Shown here piece after piece: positions 58,678 through 64,000 of a stretch of DNA of 64,000 nt (positions within the stretch are counted from its first letter, which is position 1; every line of letters starts with the position of its first letter). Origin of the DNA: Vulcanimicrobiota bacterium (GTDB lineage Bacteria; Vulcanimicrobiota; Xenobia; Xenobiales; JADMJV01); the NCBI GenBank assembly GCA_050250895.1, contig JBFWNU010000005.1:288001-352000 (forward strand), in the 5' to 3' direction. Position numbers and translations under genes: made by a program. The notes under the pieces are model-generated. The model worked only from the letters and a program-made list of their open reading frames with translations. It did no database searches and was not told the origin of the DNA.

Positions 58678-61600
58678 ATGGAGACTTTGCCCGCCCTGAC
58701 CACGCAGGTGGTCCGTATCAGCTCGCTTCGCCCCGAGTGGGAGCCGCGCGGCCCCCATCTGACAGCGGCCGCGCATCGCTTTGGGTTCACAGGGGTCAGC
58801 CGAATCAAGGTCAGCCGGCTCTACTTTCTGCAGGGCCAGGTCGAGGCGGGCGAGATCGCAGAGAAGTTTCTGGTCGACCCGGTGGCTCAGCGCTTCGAGG
58901 TGGGTGTGGTCGAGGCCGGCCCGAACCTGGTCGAGGTGACCTTTCATCCGGGCGTGACCGATAGCGAGGCCGACAATCTGGTGGCCGCGGCCAAACGGGC
59001 GGGATATCGGCTGGAAGCGGCGGCTACCGGCTGGAGTTATCAGGTCGAGGGCCAGGTCGACGACCTCAAAGCCCTGGCCGAACGGGTGCTGGCCAATCGC
59101 GTGGTCCAGTCGATCGCGGTGGGAACTCCCATCGCCTCGCCGTTAGAAGAGCCGGCGGCAGTGACTCCGCGGGTCGAGCGGGTGCCTTTGAGCGGGCTTG
59201 AGAAAGCGCAACTCCTCGAGCTGAGCCAGCGGCTCGCCCTGGCTTTGGATGAAGCCGAGATGAGCGCCATTGCGGCTTATTTTGCCCAAGAAGGCCGCGA
59301 GCCCAGTCTGGCCGAGCTGCAGACCCTGGCTCAGACCTGGAGCGAGCACTGTGTGCACAAGACTTTTCGAGCCACTATCGACTATCGCGGGCCCGACGGT
59401 GAAGAGGTGGTCGACGGGCTGCTTTCGACCTATCTGCGCCGGGCCACCGAAGAGCTCGACCGCGAGTGGGTGGTGTCGGCCTTTGTCGACAATGCTGGCC
59501 TGGTGCGCTTTTCTGAGCATTATGACCTGGCCATCAAGGCCGAGACCCACAACCACCCCTCGGCCCTCGAGCCGTTTGGCGGGGCCAATACCGGAGTGGG
59601 CGGGGTGGTGCGCGACATCCTGGGCGTGAGCGCCCGGCCCATGGCCAATACCGACGTGCTTTGCTTTGCTCCACCCGAGACCGACGACGTGCCCGAGGGC
59701 AGCCTGCATCCAGTCACCGTCATCGACGGGGTGGTGCGGGGCATTGCCGACTATGGCAACAAGATGGGCATTCCCACCGTGGCCGGTGGGGTGGTCTTTC
59801 ACCCGGATTATGTGGCCAACCCGCTGGTCTATTGCGGTTGCCTGGGTATCTTGCCGCGAGGAGGGCACCCTACCGGGGCGCGGGCCGGCGACCGGGTGGT
59901 GGTGGTGGGCGGCCGCACCGGACGCGACGGCCTGGGCGGAGCCACTTTCTCGAGTATGGAGATGGATGTCTCGACGGCCGCAACCTTCTCGACGGCCGTC
60001 CAGATCGGCAACCCGATTGTCGAGAAGCTGGTGGGCGAGGCCTTGCTGGTGGCCCGCGACCAGGGGCTTTATGCGGCCGTGACCGACTGCGGGGCGGGCG
60101 GGCTTTCGTCGGCGGTGGGCGAGATGGCCGGCGAGCTGGGAGCGGTGGTGCAACTCGAGACCGTGCCCACCAAGTATCCGGGGCTGCTGCCCTGGGAGCT
60201 GTGGTTGTCTGAGGCTCAGGAGCGGATGGTTTTTGCCGTGGCCGACGAGCACTGGGACGCCTTCGAAGCGGTCTTTACCGACCACGGGGTCGAGGCTGTG
60301 ACCATCGGTCGCTTCGGCAACCGGGGGCGTCTGCGGCTGGTCTATGGCGAGTTGGAAGTGGCCGACCTGGCTACCGATTTTCTGCATCACGGCATTCCGC
60401 GCCAGCGGCGCACGGCCGAGTGGCAAGCTCCGGGCGGCCGGCGGGAGAGCTTGCCTGAGGTTGAAGCGGGACAGGCCCTGCTCAAGCTGCTGGCCGAGCC
60501 TAACCTTTCGAGCCGCCAGGCGGTGGTGGCCTACTTCGACAGCGAGGTCCAGGGAGGCACGGCCGGCAAGCCCGAGCCGACGGCCGACGGCAGCGTGCTG
60601 GTGCCGCTCGAGTTGCAGGGCCAGAGCGATCCGCCCGCGGCGGTGCTGGGGTTGGGGATGTGTCCCCATCGCAGCGCTTCAGACCCGCGCCTGATGGCCT
60701 GGATGGCCGTGGATGAGGCCGTTCGCAACGCTGTGGTCAAGGGGGCCGACCCCGATCAGATCGCTTTGCTCGACAACTTTTGCTGGGGCAATCCGCGCCT
60801 GCCCGACCGATTGGGAGCGCTGGTGCGCTGTTGCCAGGGTTGTTATGAGGCCTCGATGGCCTATGGGGCTCCGTGGGTGTCGGGCAAAGACAGCTTGAAC
60901 AACGAGTTCAAGACCGCCGACGGCAGTCGCAAGGCCATTCCCGGAACGCTGTTGATCCACGCGCTGGGGCGCTTGCCGAAGGTATCGCTGACCGTGCCCG
61001 ACCGGCTGCAAAAGGCTGGCCACGCGCTTTATGTGGTGGGCGAGACGGCCGATGAGTTGGGGGATTCGGCCTATCTGCGTGCTTTCGACGGCCACTCGGC
61101 CCGGCTGCCCCAGCCGCGGCCTGAGGCCCTCGAGAACTACCGCCACTATCACCGGGCGGTGTTGGCCGGCCTGGTGGTGTCGGCTCATGACCTCAGCGAC
61201 GGTGGCCTGGCCGTGGCCCTGGCCGAGATGTGTCTGGCCTCGGGCCTGGGAGCCGAGCTGGAGAAGACCGACATGGTCACGCTCTTCTCCGAGTCGATGG
61301 GGCGCCTGCTGGTCGAGGTGGCCGATGGACCGACGTTCGAGCAGGCGGTTCCGGCGGCGCGCCGAGTGGGTCAGGTGAGCGCCGAGCCCCGCTTCCTGGG
61401 GGTCGCGGTTTCGCGGCTGAAGGCGGCCTTTGAGAACCATCCTTTTGACTTTCTCGAGCTGAGCCAGGCCCAGCCACCCGCCTTTACCAGCCGGCTGGCG
61501 CCGGCGCCGGCCCTGGTCAAGGCTCCGCGGGTGGCGGTGTTGACGGCCCCCGGAAGCAATCGCGAAGAAGAGGCCCGGCTAGCCCTGGAGCTTGCCGGAG

Positions 61601-62211
61601 CCCGAGCCGAGATCGTGCCGCTGCGACGGGCCAACCGGCTGGAGGACTATGGCATGGTGGTCTTGCCGGGAGGCTTCAGCTATGGTGATGACCTGGGGGC
61701 CGGGCGGCTGTGGGCGCTTGATTTACAGGCTCGCCTGGGGGATCAGTTGTGCGCTTTTGTCGAGCAAGACAGGCTCTTGCTGGGCATCTGCAACGGTTTC
61801 CAGGCGCTGGTGCGGACGGGTATTTTGCCAGGCACGCTGGCCCACAATCAGGCCGGCCACTTCGAGTGCCGCTGGGTCGAGTTGATGCCTGAGAAGGCCA
61901 GTGTCTCGGTATTTACCCAGGGACTGGCCGAGTCGGTCGAGTGCCCGATGGCCCATGGCGAGGGTCGCTATCTGGCCAGCGCCGAGGTGATGGCGCAACT
62001 GGCCGAGAACGGCCAGATTGCCCTGCGTTACGCCAGCAATCCCAACGGATCGCTTGGTGATGTGGCAGGCATTTGCAACCCCAGGGGTAACGTGCTGGGG
62101 CTGATGCCTCACCCCGAAGACAATGTTTTCGCCTGGCAGCATCCACGCCGAGGGCCGGCTAGCGGTCTGGCCCTGCTACGCAACGGACTGGGCTGGTTGC
62201 GGCTTGGCTAG
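58678..62211 (+). CDS. purL: phosphoribosylformylglycinamidine synthase, PurS-like + PurL + PurQ fusion
   Basis: QTWSEHCVHK, ETHNHPS, DCGAGG, SGKDSLNN; C-terminal GATase PGGFSYGD, GICNGFQ, GLMPHPE. Confidence 0.95.
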   Translation: METLPALTTQVVRISSLRPEWEPRGPHLTAAAHRFGFTGVSRIKVSRLYFLQGQVEAGEIAEKFLVDPVAQRFEVGVVEAGPNLVEVTFHPGVTDSEADNLVAAAKRAGYRLEAAATGWSYQVEGQVDDLKALAERVLANRVVQSIAVGTPIASPLEEPAAVTPRVERVPLSGLEKAQLLELSQRLALALDEAEMSAIAAYFAQEGREPSLAELQTLAQTWSEHCVHKTFRATIDYRGPDGEEVVDGLLSTYLRRATEELDREWVVSAFVDNAGLVRFSEHYDLAIKAETHNHPSALEPFGGANTGVGGVVRDILGVSARPMANTDVLCFAPPETDDVPEGSLHPVTVIDGVVRGIADYGNKMGIPTVAGGVVFHPDYVANPLVYCGCLGILPRGGHPTGARAGDRVVVVGGRTGRDGLGGATFSSMEMDVSTAATFSTAVQIGNPIVEKLVGEALLVARDQGLYAAVTDCGAGGLSSAVGEMAGELGAVVQLETVPTKYPGLLPWELWLSEAQERMVFAVADEHWDAFEAVFTDHGVEAVTIGRFGNRGRLRLVYGELEVADLATDFLHHGIPRQRRTAEWQAPGGRRESLPEVEAGQALLKLLAEPNLSSRQAVVAYFDSEVQGGTAGKPEPTADGSVLVPLELQGQSDPPAAVLGLGMCPHRSASDPRLMAWMAVDEAVRNAVVKGADPDQIALLDNFCWGNPRLPDRLGALVRCCQGCYEASMAYGAPWVSGKDSLNNEFKTADGSRKAIPGTLLIHALGRLPKVSLTVPDRLQKAGHALYVVGETADELGDSAYLRAFDGHSARLPQPRPEALENYRHYHRAVLAGLVVSAHDLSDGGLAVALAEMCLASGLGAELEKTDMVTLFSESMGRLLVEVADGPTFEQAVPAARRVGQVSAEPRFLGVAVSRLKAAFENHPFDFLELSQAQPPAFTSRLAPAPALVKAPRVAVLTAPGSNREEEARLALELAGARAEIVPLRRANRLEDYGMVVLPGGFSYGDDLGAGRLWALDLQARLGDQLCAFVEQDRLLLGICNGFQALVRTGILPGTLAHNQAGHFECRWVELMPEKASVSVFTQGLAESVECPMAHGEGRYLASAEVMAQLAENGQIALRYASNPNGSLGDVAGICNPRGNVLGLMPHPEDNVFAWQHPRRGPASGLALLRNGLGWLRLG

Positions 62212-63086
62212 CTGCAGTTCTCACAGCACCGATATCCACCAGCTGCGCTGGCCATGTCGGCGGCCGCTCTGGCGTCGTCGCAATTTCTTTGACAGACATT
62301 GAATCCGTCTTGTAGGCAGCCGTCGCTGGTGCCGTCCTCGACACAAATCGCGTTGGCTGGGGTATCAGACTGACAGCTGCCGGAACCGCAATCGGGCACG
62401 CACGATCGCGCTTGCATGCAAAAGCAACCGCAGCTGCCGCCAGAGCAGTCGTCCGAGCAGAAGGCGCTCATCGTGCTCGAGCAGCAGGAGGCGCAATTGG
62501 TTGGAATACCGGACCCGACGGCCGTCGCACACAAAGCCGTGGCGGCGTTGTCAATGCAGGTGGAGGCGGCCGCTACCGGGGTCGGGGCCGCAGCCAGGGT
62601 AATCACCGGAAAAACAGCGGCGGCCTGCGCGCAGGTTCTCAGAAAGGCGCGGCGACCGGGCGAGACGGCCAACCGGGTGGCGTGGGGGATGAGGCGATGC
62701 TTGCGAAACTCGCCTAGAGTGAGCCACAACAGGTCAAGCCCTCCTAGCTGCTTGGCCGCCTCATGCACCGGGGTCTCGCCGTCGCACAATTCGTAGGCCT
62801 TGCGGGCAGGAGCGTTGAGGAGCACCAGGCCGGTGCGAAAGCGGTGATAGAGGACCAGTTCATCAGCGATGGGTTGAGCCAGATAATCGTGGCACCGAGG
62901 CATCTCGGCTGGAGCCGTGAGGCCTTGCTCTTCGAGGCGCTCCAGGATGGCCTCGAGTTCTGACTTGCTGATGGCTAGACGTCGAGCGGCCGCGGCTTTT
63001 GAAGTCTGCCCATCGCAGAGGTCGAGGACCTCCAGGTCGTGGCGGGGGTTGGACTCGGCAACCCGAAAGGGCATGAGGCTGGGCAT
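62208..63086 (-). CDS. HTH + PqqD/RRE-like domain + Tat-like motif + Cys-rich tail protein
   Basis: DELVLY..LNAPARKAYELCDG; SPGRRAFLR; APTPVAAAS; 20 Cys in last ~117 aa. Confidence 0.75.
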   Translation of the reverse strand: MPSLMPFRVAESNPRHDLEVLDLCDGQTSKAAAARRLAISKSELEAILERLEEQGLTAPAEMPRCHDYLAQPIADELVLYHRFRTGLVLLNAPARKAYELCDGETPVHEAAKQLGGLDLLWLTLGEFRKHRLIPHATRLAVSPGRRAFLRTCAQAAAVFPVITLAAAPTPVAAASTCIDNAATALCATAVGSGIPTNCASCCSSTMSAFCSDDCSGGSCGCFCMQARSCVPDCGSGSCQSDTPANAICVEDGTSDGCLQDGFNVCQRNCDDARAAADMASAAGGYRCCENCS

Positions 63087-63202
63087 TCGGCGGTGCTTCG
63101 ACGGCCAGGTTCGGGGGATCCTTTGTGTGTAAAATATGTGTTCTTTCTGACGGACGGCTGCTTGCCCTGGACTGCAGGCGTTTTTCTGCCTATAATGCAG
63201 GC

Positions 63203-63625
63203 ATGCAAAGAGGCAAGCAACTGACGGTTCGGGGCGTTCCCGAGCCCGTGGCTGAATCCCTTAAGCTCCGAGCCCGCGAGCAAGGCAAGAGCCTGAACGC
63301 GGTGCTGGTGGAGGCCCTCACCGCGGCCGCGGGTATGTCAGGGGAGAGTCTTCGCCATCACGACCTGGATTGGCTGGCTGGAACGTGGGACGAGGACCCC
63401 GACTTCGATGCAGCCATTGCCGCTCAGGACGCCATTGACGACGAGCTCACCTGCCCCAACTGCCGCGGGTCTAAGGGCCTGTCAGGAAATAACTCGTGCA
63501 TTCGGGGCGCTGATCCATCCCCTGTGGCTGCGTTGCGCTTCCCTTACATATTGCCGATATGCGCGGTCAGACGCGCCTTGCCACAGGGGCGCCTCAGCGC
63601 CCGGAATGCTACTCTTAATCCCTGA
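63203..63625 (+). CDS. ribbon-helix-helix antitoxin (FitA-like) with spurious read-through C-terminus
   Basis: QLTVRGVP..LKLRAREQGKSLN..DLDWLAGTW.ED.DFD..IDDEL; TATAAT 6 nt before ATG. Confidence 0.75.
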   Translation: MQRGKQLTVRGVPEPVAESLKLRAREQGKSLNAVLVEALTAAAGMSGESLRHHDLDWLAGTWDEDPDFDAAIAAQDAIDDELTCPNCRGSKGLSGNNSCIRGADPSPVAALRFPYILPICAVRRALPQGRLSARNATLNP

Positions 63626-63672
63626 CAGGCCCTAGGACCGGGAAAAGGTCGAAGGCTCGAGAAGCACCAGCT

Positions 63673-64000
63673 ATGAAACAAGCCGTGCCACCCGGGCCTC
63701 GTAGCAATATCACCAAGAAGTACTTCGCCAATCGGGTTCGTTTCTTTGACGAGGTGCGACGCGACTACGGGCCGTTAATCTACTTCCGCATCGGCTTTGT
63801 GCGAGTCTACCTGGTGACCGACCCGGCCGACGTGCGAACGGTCATGACCGACCGGGGCATGCGCAAGTCGTGGATCACCAAGCTGCTGTTGTGGCCGGTG
63901 GTCGGCAACGGCCTCTTGCTCAGCGAGGGCGAACTGTACAAGCGGCAGCGCCGCCTGATTCAACCGGCTTTTCATCGCCAGCGGGTCGAGGTCTATGGGC
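63673..64000 (+). CDS. cytochrome P450 (3'-truncated by window edge)
   Basis: Own translation: PPGP..YG..GNGLLLSEGELYKRQRRLIQPAFH. Confidence 0.88.
   Translation, partial: MKQAVPPGPRSNITKKYFANRVRFFDEVRRDYGPLIYFRIGFVRVYLVTDPADVRTVMTDRGMRKSWITKLLLWPVVGNGLLLSEGELYKRQRRLIQPAFHRQRVEVYG

Overview
GC-rich bacterial chromosomal window. The gene repertoire (Ser/Thr kinases, FHA proteins, PEGA proteins, REC-BTAD regulator) suggests Candidatus Eremiobacterota or a similar lineage, but that is inference only. About 1-50 kb is mostly housekeeping and signalling: polA 3' part, hybrid kinase, GS-like/amidohydrolase pair, S8 protease, RNase R-like, FHA-ABC transporter plus kinase, OPT transporter, ileS, lepB, CarD, CocE/NonD hydrolase and a desaturase. 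About 50.2-58.6 kb is an accessory island cut into gene-sized segments by a recurring 16-bp palindrome TGACCCGCGCGGGTCA (about 9 copies). It holds two ~95%-identical zinc-finger HNH nuclease genes, each with a conserved ~260-bp upstream block that is apparently not part of the HNH mRNA. It also holds a conserved 37-bp tail, a second family of hairpin repeats (ACTTCC-N4-GGAAGT) and two internally deleted nucleotidyltransferase genes, with no recognisable transposase or integrase. After the island come a PurS-PurL-PurQ fusion, a PqqD-like/Tat/20-Cys protein, an antitoxin whose PIN toxin seems deleted, and the start of a P450. Many genes have a TANNNT box exactly 6 nt before the start codon, suggesting leaderless mRNAs. 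All calls were made by eye from motifs; no searches were run.
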